Assembly (NCBI RefSeq): GCF_000012925.1 | Contig: NC_007517.1 | Location: 1 to 32,000 of the forward strand | DNA length: 32,000 nucleotides | Direction: 5' to 3' | Source: Geobacter metallireducens GS-15 | Lineage (GTDB): Bacteria; Desulfobacterota; Desulfuromonadia; Geobacterales; Geobacteraceae | Shown: positions 13,386-23,371 of the stretch, one piece after another | Layout of the letters: every line of letters begins with the position of its first letter | How positions within the stretch are numbered: the first letter of the stretch is position 1 | Position numbers and translations under genes: made by a program | The notes under the pieces: generated by a model | What the model saw: the letters and a program-made list of their open reading frames with translations, nothing else | What the model was told of the DNA's origin: nothing | The model's database searches: none

Positions 13386-15677
13386 ATGAACCTGCGCCTC
13401 ACGATCAGGAACAAGCTTTTTCTGGCTACCCTCCTCATTCTCTTCATCTCCTACGCCATCCTTATCCAGACAACCGTCACCAGCATCAACACCTCCCTTG
13501 AAGACAACCTGGCCAAGGAACTTGCCGAGAACCTCCGCTACGCCAAAGACCAGTACTTCTCCCGGGCAGAGCACCTGAAGTACGCCCTCCTCCTCCCCGC
13601 CTCCGCGCAGACGGTGCAGGAGCGGGTCGAGAGGAGGGACAGGGTCTGGCTCCAGGAGACGGCGCGGCGCTGGAAGACCAGCCTCCCCTTCGCTGAGCCG
13701 TTCCTCTTTGTGGACCCGCAGCTGAAGGTCATCGCCGGCGATGGCGAGTCGGTGCCGGAGAATGTCCGCGAACTGGCTCCCATCGTGGAACGGGCGCTGC
13801 GGGAAAAACGGCCCGTTTCCGCAACCGAGCTGGTGAGCGACCGTTTCCTCTGCAGCGCCGGGGTCCGCGACTTCTGCTCCCGTCCTCCCTACGGAGACGG
13901 GAGCGTCATGATGATAACCGTCGTCGTCCCGGTACTGGCCGAGGGGGGGGAGGCCCTGGGCGCCATCGTGGCCGGGGAAGTCATCGACCGGGACGTGAAG
14001 CAGGCGGCCGGGACTCAGGAGATTTTCGGCAAGCAGGTGGTTGTGGCCGTCATCCGTGGCAATAGGCTTGCCCCGGCCGGCGTCAATCCTGCCTTCCCCT
14101 ACCCTGCAGCCATCGCTCCCGATATCCTCGACAAGCTGGAGCGGGGGCAGTCGTTCGGAGGCGACGTCACCATCGGGGGAAAGGCCTACAAGACCGCTAT
14201 CTCACCCCTCACCAACAGCCGCGGAGACTACGTGGGTTCCCTCTACGTGGCCCTCTCCCGGGACGATTTAAAGGGGATCCTCGGCGACAGCCTCAAGAAT
14301 ATCCTCGTATCCGCCGCCATCGGCATCGTCCTCACGTTTCTGACGGCCTTCCACGTGGCCCGCAGGTTGACCATGCCCCTGAACGCCCTTGCCGGCGGGG
14401 TGCGAAAGATCGAGAGCGGGGACTTGCGGCAACGGGTGGAGGTAACCACCGCCGACGAAGTGGGAGAGTTGGGAGAAGCCTTCAACCGCATGGCCCGAAG
14501 CCTGGAGGAGCGGGACCGGACCATCCGGGCCACGGCCCACGAACAGGCGGAGCTGAACCGCAAGCTCCAGGAGATGAATGAACACCTCGAAGAGAACGTG
14601 AGCGAACGGACAACAGCCCTGCAGATGGAGATGGGGCGTCTTGAGGCGATTCTCACCGGCATGGCTGAAGGAATTGCCGTCACCGACCGGGAGGGGAAAG
14701 TCATCCTCTTTAACCCCGCGGCCCAGCGGATCTTCGAGATGGTTCCCCCCCGGGTAATGGGGCATACCCTGGAGGAACTCTGTGCCGGCGGAGAGTTCTG
14801 TGCCCTCGCCGATTACGTCCGCACCATGAAAGAAACCGATGACTTGACCCCCCGCCGGGACGTGGAGATGTCCATGAAGGGGAAGAAACTCACGATCAGC
14901 CTTTCACCTTTCTGCGACCAGGGGGGAGCCTTGGCCGGCGTCGTCATGTCGGTGCGCGATGTGACCGGGGAAGAGGATGTGGATCGGGTGAAGACCGAGT
15001 TCATCTCCACGGTGTCCCATGAGCTCAAGACCCCCCTCACCTCCATCAAGGGTTCGCTCCAGTTCATCCACGACCGGGGGGAAGGGTTCGGCGGGATGGA
15101 GGGGGAGCTTCTCTCCGTCTGTCTCCGTAACACCGACCGGCTGATCCGGCTCGTGAACGATATCCTCGACATTGCCCGGATCGAATCGGGGCGGCTGGAG
15201 TTCGTGCCGGAGCCCCAGGATGTGCGGACCCTGGTCACCCACTCCATCGAGGAGCTGGCAGGGTACGCTCTGGAGCATGACGTCAGCGTCGAGAACCGCT
15301 GTGGCCAGGACCTCCCCCCCATCTATGGGGACCGGGACCGTCTCGTGCAGGTTCTCACCAACCTCCTCTCCAACGCGATCAAGTTTTCACCCCGGGGGGA
15401 ACGGGTGGTGGTGACGGCGGAGCGGACTTCAAACTACGTGGCCATATCCGTGGGTGACCGGGGACGGGAGATCCTGTGGTCGGATCGGGGGAAACTCTTC
15501 AAGAAATTTCAGCTGCTCGACAATTCGGACCGCCGTCAGCACGGCGGGACGGGCCTTGGGCTTGCCATTTGCAAGGAAATCGTCGAACATCACCACGGCA
15601 GGATCTTCTACAACGAAGGGACCGGGGGGGGGAACGTTTTCACCTTCACGGTTCCCGTCTATGAGGAACAATCATGA
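13386..15677 (+). CDS. Membrane sensor histidine kinase (TM - ~280-aa extracytoplasmic domain - TM - HAMP - PAS - HisKA - HATPase_c)
   Basis: Two hydrophobic segments (LFLATLLILFISYAILIQ and ILVSAAIGIVLTFLTAF). HAMP ADEVGELGEAFNRMARSL. PAS LEAILTGMAEGIAVTDREGKVILFNPAAQRIF. H-box FISTVSHELKTPLTSIKGS. N-box LLSNAIKFSP. G2 GGTGLGLAICKEIV. SD GGAGGG precedes the start. Confidence 0.93.
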   Translation: MNLRLTIRNKLFLATLLILFISYAILIQTTVTSINTSLEDNLAKELAENLRYAKDQYFSRAEHLKYALLLPASAQTVQERVERRDRVWLQETARRWKTSLPFAEPFLFVDPQLKVIAGDGESVPENVRELAPIVERALREKRPVSATELVSDRFLCSAGVRDFCSRPPYGDGSVMMITVVVPVLAEGGEALGAIVAGEVIDRDVKQAAGTQEIFGKQVVVAVIRGNRLAPAGVNPAFPYPAAIAPDILDKLERGQSFGGDVTIGGKAYKTAISPLTNSRGDYVGSLYVALSRDDLKGILGDSLKNILVSAAIGIVLTFLTAFHVARRLTMPLNALAGGVRKIESGDLRQRVEVTTADEVGELGEAFNRMARSLEERDRTIRATAHEQAELNRKLQEMNEHLEENVSERTTALQMEMGRLEAILTGMAEGIAVTDREGKVILFNPAAQRIFEMVPPRVMGHTLEELCAGGEFCALADYVRTMKETDDLTPRRDVEMSMKGKKLTISLSPFCDQGGALAGVVMSVRDVTGEEDVDRVKTEFISTVSHELKTPLTSIKGSLQFIHDRGEGFGGMEGELLSVCLRNTDRLIRLVNDILDIARIESGRLEFVPEPQDVRTLVTHSIEELAGYALEHDVSVENRCGQDLPPIYGDRDRLVQVLTNLLSNAIKFSPRGERVVVTAERTSNYVAISVGDRGREILWSDRGKLFKKFQLLDNSDRRQHGGTGLGLAICKEIVEHHHGRIFYNEGTGGGNVFTFTVPVYEEQS

Positions 15678-17200
15678 ATAACCTCAAAATCCTCATCGTC
15701 GATGACGAAGCGGACATCGCCCTCATTCTCAAGCTGCAACTGGAGGACGCCGGCTACCGCACCACCCGGGCCCGGGATGGCCTGGAAGCCCTGGAGATGC
15801 TGGCCCGGGAACACTATGACCTGATTCTCCTGGACATCCGCATGCCCCGCCTGGATGGCATTGAGGTGCTGGAGCGGATCCGGCAGGAGTGGCCCGAGCT
15901 GGTGGTGGTGATGATGACTGCCCACGGCAGCGAGGACATCGCCGTTGAGGCCATGAAGAAGGGGGCGGTGGACTATATCTCCAAGCCCTTCTCCTCCGAT
16001 GATATGAAGAAGCGGGTGGAGCGGGCCATCGAGTACAACCGGACCCGGCTCGAAAACGAGCGGCTCCAGCGGGAGGTGGAGGAAGAGCGCCGGAAGATGG
16101 AGGCGATTCTCCAGGGGATGGCCGAAGCCCTCGTGGCCGTGGACCGCCAGGGACTGGTCATGAGCATCAACCGCACTGCCGCGGAACTTTTCGGGGTTGA
16201 TGCGGCCGCGGTCCATGCCCGCCCCGTGGAGGAACTCCTCTCCGCCGCCATCCCGGCCGACCGGCTCCCCTGCCGCGTGGTGCTCGCCACGGGAGAGCCG
16301 TGCCTCGACGTGGCCTACGACCTCCGCCTGCCGGGCCGGATTGTGCCGGTCCTCTCCAGTGCCGCCCCCCTGGCGAACGCCGCCGGCGAGATGATCGGGA
16401 GCGTGGAGATCATCCGCGACATCTCGGCCCTCAAGGCCCTGGAACAGGAGCGGGAGGATTTCGTCAGCATGCTCTCCCACGACCTGAAGACCCCCATTAC
16501 CGCCATCATCGGCTCCATCGACCTGGTGAAGGAGGGGCGGCTCGGTCCAGTGAATCCGGAACAGAGCATGTACCTGGACGCCGCCGTGGAGAGCTGCGCC
16601 GAGATGGTGGACATGATCGACACCCTGCTGGATGTGCACCGCTTCGAGGCGGGGCGGATGGTGACGACCCTTGTGGAAGAAGAGCTCGGGCCGCTCCTGC
16701 AGCGGACCGTTGGCAGGTTCGAGCCGGTGGCCCGCCACAGCGGGCTCGAACTTACCCTCTCTCTACCCGGCGCTCCAGTCACCTTCCTGGTGGACCGGAA
16801 GCAATTCGGGCGACTCCTGGGCAACCTCCTCTCCAACGCCCTGAAGTTCACCACTGAGGGCGGCATCGAGGTACGGGCGGAGCTGCCGGAGAACGCCGCG
16901 GCGGCCGCACAGGGGATTACCCCCGGCGCCTACCCGACCGAGAGACTCCCCCGGGAGGGACGATACCTGCTCGTTTCGGTGAGCGACACGGGGGCCGGGA
17001 TTCCGGCCGATTCCCTCGTCACCATTTTCGACCGCTTCGTCCAGGCCCGCAACCGCAAGATGGGGAAGTCGAGCGGCACCGGGCTCGGGCTCGCCTTCTG
17101 CCGCAAGGTCATGGATGCCCACCACGGCTTCATCTGGGCCGAGAGCGAGCCTGACAGGGGGAGCACCTTCCGGATGCTTTTTCCGCTGGGGACCGACTGA
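15674..17200 (+). CDS. Hybrid response regulator-histidine kinase (REC - PAS - HisKA - HATPase_c)
   Basis: REC with ILIVDDE...LILLDIRMPRLDG...YISKPF. PAS AILQGMAEALVAVDRQG. H-box FVSMLSHDLKTPITAIIGS. LLSNALKFT, SDTGAGIP and GTGLGLAFCRKVM are present. The ATGA start/stop overlaps the upstream kinase. Confidence 0.93.
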   Translation: MNNLKILIVDDEADIALILKLQLEDAGYRTTRARDGLEALEMLAREHYDLILLDIRMPRLDGIEVLERIRQEWPELVVVMMTAHGSEDIAVEAMKKGAVDYISKPFSSDDMKKRVERAIEYNRTRLENERLQREVEEERRKMEAILQGMAEALVAVDRQGLVMSINRTAAELFGVDAAAVHARPVEELLSAAIPADRLPCRVVLATGEPCLDVAYDLRLPGRIVPVLSSAAPLANAAGEMIGSVEIIRDISALKALEQEREDFVSMLSHDLKTPITAIIGSIDLVKEGRLGPVNPEQSMYLDAAVESCAEMVDMIDTLLDVHRFEAGRMVTTLVEEELGPLLQRTVGRFEPVARHSGLELTLSLPGAPVTFLVDRKQFGRLLGNLLSNALKFTTEGGIEVRAELPENAAAAAQGITPGAYPTERLPREGRYLLVSVSDTGAGIPADSLVTIFDRFVQARNRKMGKSSGTGLGLAFCRKVMDAHHGFIWAESEPDRGSTFRMLFPLGTD

Positions 17201-17224
17201 CCACTGAGCGAGGGAACTTCGCCC

Positions 17225-18676
17225 ATGAAACTGCCGTACCACACCATGCCTTTCAGGATCGCGGCGTACTATGCCCTCTGTGCAGGGCTCTGGATCCTCC
17301 TGTCCGACCGGCTCCTCGGGGTTGCCGTTCGGGATCCCGACCTCATCACCAGCCTGGAGACGGCAAAGGGATGGCTCTTTGTGGCGGTCACCGCCCTCCT
17401 CCTCCATGTGGTGGTCCGGCGCTTCGTCGATGAGGTGATGCGCCGGGAGGAACTTCTGCGGGAGCGCAACGAAGAGCTCTGCATGGTGGAGGAGGAGCTC
17501 CGCCAGCAGCTGGACGAGTCCGAGCGGGCCCAGCAAGAACTGCGGGAGAGCGAGGAAAACTACCGGCTCCTCTTTTCGAGCAATCCGCATCCCATGTGCG
17601 TTTTCGATCTGGAGACCCTCGCCTTCCTGGAGGTGAACGGATCGGCTATCCAGCATTACGGATACAGCCGCGAAGAGTTTCTTGCCATGACCATCAAGGA
17701 CATCCGTCCCCCCGAGGATGTGCCGTCGCTCATGGCTATCGTGAAGCGGGTCGACAGCGGGCCTGACCGGGTCGGCGTTTGGCGCCACCGGAAAAAGGAC
17801 GGCACGATCATCTCCGTGGAGATCACCTCTCACATGATCGATTTCGCCGGAAGGCGTGCGAAGGTGATTCTGTGCAATGACGTAACGGAGCGGATCAGAG
17901 CGAAGGAGGAGATCCTGCGACTCAACGCCGAGTTGGAGCAGCGGGTGCGGCAACGGACCGCGGAACTGGAGCAGGCCAACCGGGAGATGGAGTCCTTCAG
18001 CTATTCCGTTTCCCACGACCTGCGGGCGCCGCTACGCCACATCGACGGGTTCAGTCGGGTGCTTCTGGAAGACTGCGGCGACCAGCTCAATCAGGAGGGA
18101 AAGGGATACCTTACCCGGATCTGCGCCGCTGCCAACCGGATGGGGCAGCTCATCGACGATCTCCTCCAGCTGGCCTCCGTGAGCCGCAGCGAACTGCAAC
18201 GGCGCCCCGTCGATTTCAGTAACCTGGCTCGGACTATAGCCTTGGAACTGAAGCAGACAGACCCGGAGCGTGAGGTTACCTTCACCATTGCCGGGGGGGT
18301 CAGCGCTCAGGGAGATCCCGTCCTCCTGCGGGTCGTGCTGGAAAACCTCCTGGGTAACGCCTGGAAATACACGGGGAAGAATCACCGCACCGCAATCGAG
18401 TTCGGGGCAGTCGAGGGGGAGGAGGGACGGGTCTACTTCGTGCGGGATAACGGGGTCGGCTTCGACATGACCTACGTGGGCAAGCTTTTCACCCCCTTCC
18501 AGCGGCTTCACGCCATGGACGAGTTCGAGGGAACCGGCATCGGGCTGGCCACGGTGCGCCGGGTGGTGGAACGGCACGGCGGGCGGGCCTGGGCCGAAGG
18601 GACAATCGGCGCCGGCGCCACCTTTTACTTTACCCTGGGAGAATCTCACCGCCTTGCGGAGGGCGACGAAGGATAA
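17225..18676 (+). CDS. Membrane sensor histidine kinase (2 TM - coiled coil - PAS - HisKA - HATPase_c)
   Basis: N-terminal hydrophobic helices (IAAYYALCAGLWILL and WLFVAVTALLLHVVV). PAS YRLLFSSNPHPMCVFDLETLAFLEVNGSAIQHYGY. H-box FSYSVSHDLRAPLRHIDGF. LLGNAWKYT, RDNGVGFD and GTGIGLATVRRVV are present. Confidence 0.92.
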   Translation: MKLPYHTMPFRIAAYYALCAGLWILLSDRLLGVAVRDPDLITSLETAKGWLFVAVTALLLHVVVRRFVDEVMRREELLRERNEELCMVEEELRQQLDESERAQQELRESEENYRLLFSSNPHPMCVFDLETLAFLEVNGSAIQHYGYSREEFLAMTIKDIRPPEDVPSLMAIVKRVDSGPDRVGVWRHRKKDGTIISVEITSHMIDFAGRRAKVILCNDVTERIRAKEEILRLNAELEQRVRQRTAELEQANREMESFSYSVSHDLRAPLRHIDGFSRVLLEDCGDQLNQEGKGYLTRICAAANRMGQLIDDLLQLASVSRSELQRRPVDFSNLARTIALELKQTDPEREVTFTIAGGVSAQGDPVLLRVVLENLLGNAWKYTGKNHRTAIEFGAVEGEEGRVYFVRDNGVGFDMTYVGKLFTPFQRLHAMDEFEGTGIGLATVRRVVERHGGRAWAEGTIGAGATFYFTLGESHRLAEGDEG

Positions 18677-18679
18677 GCG

Positions 18680-20365
18680 ATGGACGATTTGCACCTGAGG
18701 ATACTGCTGGCGGAGGACTCCGAGGAGGATGCCTTTCTGCTTCTGCGGGAGCTGGAACGGGGGGGATACACGGTGGAGTGCGAGCGGGTGCAGACCCGCT
18801 CCGCCATGAAAAAGGCCCTGGTCTCCCGGCAATGGGACATGGTCATTTCCGACTACCGGATGCCCCGGTTCTCCGCGCCCCAGGCCCTGGAAACCCTCAA
18901 GGAGAGCGGTCTCGACCTCCCCTTCATCATCGTCTCCGGCAAGATCGCCGAGGATATGCTCGTGGATGCCATGCGGGCCGGCGCCAACGACTACTTCATG
19001 AAGGGGAACCTGTCGCGGCTCATTCCTGCCATCGAGCGGGAGCTGCGGGAGGCTGCCGAGCGGCGCATCCGGCGCCGGGCCGAGCGGGCCATCCGCCAGG
19101 GGAAAATGGAGTGGGAGGCGGCTTTCGACGCCGTGTCGGACCTGGTCCTTCTCACCGACCTCTACAGCACGGTCATCCGCTGCAACAACCGGGTCATCGA
19201 GGCCTTCAACGCCACCTACAGCGACATCCTGGGGAGGAACATCACCGAGCTTTTCTACGGCAGCCCCGACGCCGGGGAGAGCATTTTCGATCAGTGCACC
19301 GATCTGAAGGCCGATAACGGCGATGTCCGCTTTCCCAAACTCACGGGATGGTACAAGGCCTCCTGCTTTCCCATGCACCCTACCGAAAACGAACACGGCT
19401 TCGTCTACGTCATCAAGGACGTCACCAAGCGGAAAAAGATGGAGGAAGAGAAGGAGCTGGCCACCCTGGAGCTTCTCCGGAGCCGCCAGGCCCTCAGGGA
19501 GAATCTGGAGGAGATGAAGCGGGCCAACATGGAGCTGGGGCGCCTGAACGCCGCCAAGAACACCGTCATCGGCATGGCCTCCCATGAACTGAAGACCCCG
19601 CTTACCTCCATCATCGGTGGGCTCCAGTTTCTCTTCCACTACAGCGGCCTGGAGATGACCCCGGAGCAGAAGGAGATGATGGAGTCGGTCTACGAGGGGG
19701 TGACCCAGCTGCGGGGGATCGTGGACGATCTCCTCTCCATCTCCCGCATCGAGACCAAGGGATTCGCCGTCACCAAGCGGATGGTGAACCTCCTCAATCT
19801 CTGCCGGGAGGTGCGCCATACCCTGCTCCTTCCCCTGTCGGAGCGGGACATCGAGCTCTCCATTGCCGAGGACACCTGCAGCATTCCGGCCGACGAGGGG
19901 TTCTGCCGGCTCGTGACCCGGAACCTCCTGGAGAACGCCATCAAGTTCACCGCCGACGGGGGACGGATCACCATCAGCGGCGAGCTCACCTCCCTGGACG
20001 ACCTCCTCCCCCAGGCCGATTCGCTCCGCTGCTTCTACCGGGAGTTCCCCTCCAACATCGAGGGGCACCCTGCCTTCTATCGCCTCGACATCGCCGACAC
20101 GGGAATCGGCATCCCCCCCGAGGAGCGGGTGCGGATCTTCGAGAAATTCTACGGCGTCGGCGACCTCGCCTACCACTCCTCCGGCAAGACCGGCTTCATG
20201 TCCAAGGGGTCAGGGCTCGGCCTCTCCATCGTCAAGGGGATCATGGACGCCCACGGCGGCATGGTCTGGGTGGGGCCCGGGGAAAACGGCTCGGGAAGCG
20301 TCTTCTCCCTCCTCTTCCCCATGGACAACACCTGTGTCATCCCGCCCCGCGAAGGGAGACGGTAG
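18680..20365 (+). CDS. Hybrid response regulator-histidine kinase (REC - PAS - HisKA - HATPase_c)
   Basis: REC with ILLAEDSEED...MVISDYRMPRFSA...DYFMKG. A PAS region follows. H-box VIGMASHELKTPLTSIIGG. LLENAIKFT, ADTGIGIP and GSGLGLSIVKGIM are present. It starts 3 nt after the upstream stop. Confidence 0.92.
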   Translation: MDDLHLRILLAEDSEEDAFLLLRELERGGYTVECERVQTRSAMKKALVSRQWDMVISDYRMPRFSAPQALETLKESGLDLPFIIVSGKIAEDMLVDAMRAGANDYFMKGNLSRLIPAIERELREAAERRIRRRAERAIRQGKMEWEAAFDAVSDLVLLTDLYSTVIRCNNRVIEAFNATYSDILGRNITELFYGSPDAGESIFDQCTDLKADNGDVRFPKLTGWYKASCFPMHPTENEHGFVYVIKDVTKRKKMEEEKELATLELLRSRQALRENLEEMKRANMELGRLNAAKNTVIGMASHELKTPLTSIIGGLQFLFHYSGLEMTPEQKEMMESVYEGVTQLRGIVDDLLSISRIETKGFAVTKRMVNLLNLCREVRHTLLLPLSERDIELSIAEDTCSIPADEGFCRLVTRNLLENAIKFTADGGRITISGELTSLDDLLPQADSLRCFYREFPSNIEGHPAFYRLDIADTGIGIPPEERVRIFEKFYGVGDLAYHSSGKTGFMSKGSGLGLSIVKGIMDAHGGMVWVGPGENGSGSVFSLLFPMDNTCVIPPREGRR

Positions 20366-20370
20366 ACACC

Positions 20371-21297
20371 ATGGCATCGGCCCTTTCGCTTCGCGGCCTC
20401 ACCAAGCGCTTCGGCTCCCTCACGGCCGTGGATTCCTTCTCCCTGGAGGTGGAGCGGGGGACCATCTTCGCGCTTCTCGGCCCCAACGGCGCCGGGAAAA
20501 CCACCATCATCCGGATCCTCACTACGCTGCTGCGCCCCGACGCCGGCACGGCCCTGGTGGAGGGGTTCGACGTGCGCCAGCAGGGGAAGGAGGTGCGGCG
20601 CCTCATCGGCGTGGTCCCCCAGGAGAACAACCTGGACCGCTACCTCACCGCCCGGGAGAACCTGGTGATGCAGGCCCGGCTCCACGGCATGGGAGCCGCC
20701 GAGACGAACGGGCGGGTGGACGAGCTTCTGGAGCTGGTGGGGCTTACGGGGCGGCGCAACGACTTTCCCGACACCTTTTCCGGCGGCATGCAGCGGCGCC
20801 TCGTGGTGGCCCGGGCACTGGTCCACCGCCCCCGGGTCCTCTTTCTCGACGAGCCCACCACCGGTCTTGACCCCCAGTCCCGCCGGGCAGTCTGGGACTA
20901 TGTGGACTCCCTTAAGGATTCCATGACCATCTTTCTCACCACCCACTACATGGACGAGGCCGACGCCCTCTGCGACCGGATCGTCATCATGGACCACGGC
21001 CGGGTGCTCGTGGACGGGAGCGCGGCCCGGCTCAAGGAGCGGATGGCCCACGCCCACTGCTACGAGCTCCGGTTCCGGGCCAACGCCGACCACTACGAAA
21101 CGATCCTGGCGGGTTTCCCCTTTGTCCGCTCCCTCCAGCGGACCGGCGACCTCTTTCGCCTCTCCCTGGCCGGCGAGGAAAGCCTCAAGCCCCTCATGGA
21201 CGCCATCGGCACCGACGACATCCGCACGATCTGTCTCCGGGAGCCGACCCTGGAGGATGTGTTCATCGAGCTGACGGGGAAAGAGGTGCGGGAATAG
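20371..21297 (+). CDS. ABC transporter ATP-binding protein (ABC-2/DrrA-like exporter ATPase)
   Basis: Walker A GPNGAGKTT, Q-loop, signature FSGGMQRRL, Walker B VLFLDEPTTGLD and H-loop LTTHYMDEA are present. The C-terminal extension is typical of the DrrA/NatA type. Confidence 0.93.
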   Translation: MASALSLRGLTKRFGSLTAVDSFSLEVERGTIFALLGPNGAGKTTIIRILTTLLRPDAGTALVEGFDVRQQGKEVRRLIGVVPQENNLDRYLTARENLVMQARLHGMGAAETNGRVDELLELVGLTGRRNDFPDTFSGGMQRRLVVARALVHRPRVLFLDEPTTGLDPQSRRAVWDYVDSLKDSMTIFLTTHYMDEADALCDRIVIMDHGRVLVDGSAARLKERMAHAHCYELRFRANADHYETILAGFPFVRSLQRTGDLFRLSLAGEESLKPLMDAIGTDDIRTICLREPTLEDVFIELTGKEVRE

Positions 21298-22052
21298 TGT
21301 TCAAGGGTGCCTTCTCCATCTGGAAGCGGGACATGCTGGTGCTCCGCCGCAGCCTCTTCTCTGAGCTCGTGGCGGTGGTGGCGTCCCCCCTCACCTTCTA
21401 CCTGGCCTTCGGCTTCGGCCTCCGGGGGTACATCGCCGACGTGGAGGGGGTTCCCTACACCGTCTTCATGGCGCCGGGGCTCATCACCATGACCGCCGTG
21501 TCGGCCGCCTTCGACGAGAGCGCCTGGAGCATGTGGTTCCACCGCAAGGTGCAGCGCACCATCGAGGCCTACCGGGTCACCCCCATCACGGTCTACGACA
21601 TCGTCATCGGCAAGATCATCTCCGGCTTCAGCCAGGGGGCCCTCAAGGGGGTGGCGGTGGCCACCGTGATCTTCCTCCTGACCGGGGTCCGGTTCGACCC
21701 GGCCCACCTGGCCGGATACCTCGCCTTCATCGTCCTCGGCTCCATGGTCTTTTCCTGCGCCGGCACCGTCTGCGGAACCCTCCTGGACAAGCCCGAGACC
21801 ATCGGCAAGGTCCAGGCGGTGGTCATCATGCCCCTCATCTTCCTCTCCGGGGTCTTCTTCCCCGTCTCCTCCTATCCCGAGGCCATGCGTTCCGCCGTCA
21901 TGCTCATCCCCACCACGGCCCTCTTCGAGGGGTCGCGCCGGGCGCTCCTGGCGGGTGCCTTCGACGGAGGGCTCATCGGCATCCTCGCCGTGACCGCCCT
22001 GGTCGCCTTTGCCGCCACGGTGGCCATCTTCAACCGGAAGATGGCGGAGTAG
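21297..22052 (+). CDS. ABC-2 type transporter permease
   Basis: 251 aa with about 6 hydrophobic segments. The GTG start overlaps the upstream TAG by 1 nt (TAGTG) and follows the SD-like AAGAGGTG. The N-terminus WKRDMLVLRRSLFSELV is typical of ABC-2 permeases. Confidence 0.85.
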   Translation: MFKGAFSIWKRDMLVLRRSLFSELVAVVASPLTFYLAFGFGLRGYIADVEGVPYTVFMAPGLITMTAVSAAFDESAWSMWFHRKVQRTIEAYRVTPITVYDIVIGKIISGFSQGALKGVAVATVIFLLTGVRFDPAHLAGYLAFIVLGSMVFSCAGTVCGTLLDKPETIGKVQAVVIMPLIFLSGVFFPVSSYPEAMRSAVMLIPTTALFEGSRRALLAGAFDGGLIGILAVTALVAFAATVAIFNRKMAE

Positions 22053-22138
22053 CCTCTATCTGCGCGGAGCTAAACTTCTTGTGCTGCCGGCGTTATTCAT
22101 AGTAGGATTTATAAGATTGACATACGAACGGAGAACCC

Positions 22139-23209
22139 ATGGCTGAAGAATTCATACCCAAATGGGTTGCCTGGGAAACCACCCAGAAGTGCAACCTCAA
22201 GTGCGTCCACTGCCGCTGTTCCTCTGACCTGACCTCTTCCGAGGGGGATTTCACCACCGAGGAGGGAAAGAAGCTCCTGAAGGAGATCGCTGACTTCTCC
22301 AAACCGGTGATCGTCCTCTCCGGCGGCGAGCCCCTCATGCGCAAGGACATCTTCGAGCTGGCCGAGTACGGCACCTCCCTGGGGCTGCGCATGTGCATGG
22401 CCACCAACGGCGCCCTGGTCACCGACGAGATCTGCCAGAAGATGCGCAAGGCCGACATCAAGATGGTGTCGCTTTCCCTGGACGGCAGCACCGCCGCGGT
22501 CCACGACGACTTCCGCCAGTGCCCCGGCGCCTTCGAAGGGGTAGTGCGGGCCGCGGAGATCTTCCGGCGCAACGGCCAGAAATTCCTCATCAACTCCTCC
22601 TTCACCAAGCGCAACCAGCACGACATCGCCAACACCTTCAAGCTGGCCAAGAGCCTCGGCGCCACCGCCTGGTACATGTTCATGATCGTTCCCACGGGGC
22701 GCGGCGAGGAGATCATGAACGAGCTCATCACCAAGGAGGACTACGAGGAGATTCTGGAGTGGCACTACCAGCAGGAGAAGCTGGAGGACGAGATCCTCAT
22801 GCGTCCCACCTGTGCCCCCCACTACTACCGGATGGTCCCCATGCGGGCGAAAGAAGAAGGGGTCAAGTTCGAGCGCCGGTCGCTGACCTTCTCCACCGGC
22901 GGCGGCAAGGGGTGCATTGCGGCCCAGACCATCTGCCTCATCGACTGCTTCGGCAACGTGAAACCCTGCTCCTACTTCCACCGCACCGCCGGCAACGTGA
23001 AGGAGACCCCCTTCCGGGAGATCTGGGAGAATTCGGAGATCTTCAAGGATCTCAGGAACTTCAAGGCCTACAAGGGGAAGTGCGGCGAGTGCGAGTTTCT
23101 CAATGTCTGCGGCGGGTGCCGGGCCAGGGCCGATGCGGTGCATGGGGATTACATGGCGGAAGAGCCGTTCTGTAATTATGTGCCGATACGCCTTCAAAAG
23201 AAGGCGTAG
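22139..23209 (+). CDS. Radical SAM / SPASM-domain enzyme, AhbC/AhbD/NirJ-like (possible heme-pathway tetrapyrrole-modifying enzyme)
   Basis: N-terminal [17 protein letters not shown] carries the CxxxCxxC radical-SAM cluster in the context typical of NirJ/Ahb proteins. GGEPL is present. The C-terminal Cys-rich SPASM-like region reads CSYF...[17 protein letters not shown]. It lies directly upstream of hemE. Confidence 0.75.
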   Translation: MAEEFIPKWVAWETTQKCNLKCVHCRCSSDLTSSEGDFTTEEGKKLLKEIADFSKPVIVLSGGEPLMRKDIFELAEYGTSLGLRMCMATNGALVTDEICQKMRKADIKMVSLSLDGSTAAVHDDFRQCPGAFEGVVRAAEIFRRNGQKFLINSSFTKRNQHDIANTFKLAKSLGATAWYMFMIVPTGRGEEIMNELITKEDYEEILEWHYQQEKLEDEILMRPTCAPHYYRMVPMRAKEEGVKFERRSLTFSTGGGKGCIAAQTICLIDCFGNVKPCSYFHRTAGNVKETPFREIWENSEIFKDLRNFKAYKGKCGECEFLNVCGGCRARADAVHGDYMAEEPFCNYVPIRLQKKA

Positions 23210-23371
23210 GGAGGAACGTGCTCTTTACGCCATCTTGGCGCCGTCCTCGTCACCCCGTTGTGCGGCGTAGCTGGGCTACGCCTCCGCCGGGGTTCCTGCG
23301 GGTGCACCAATCTGACGTAAATATCACGTTCCTGGTGTTGAAACGCTTTAAATCTCCAAGGAGGATTTCCA

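Noticed and set aside
18032-20176. 714-aa minus-strand ORF antisense to the third and fourth kinase genes. Similar antisense ORFs: 15659-16738, 16763-18016, 6546-7703, 5127-6146, 7803-8663, 8339-9412, 9558-10796, 12316-13368, 20170-21093, 22109-23197 and 23348-24376.
   Set aside because: All mirror strongly supported plus-strand genes and have shadow-ORF amino-acid composition. Open antisense frames are expected at this G+C.
23264-23282. 8-bp stem / 3-nt loop hairpin (ggcgtagc tgg gctacgcc) between the radical SAM gene and hemE
   Set aside because: There is no following T-tract and the stem is short. I cannot distinguish it from chance GC-rich pairing, so it is not called as a terminator or riboswitch.
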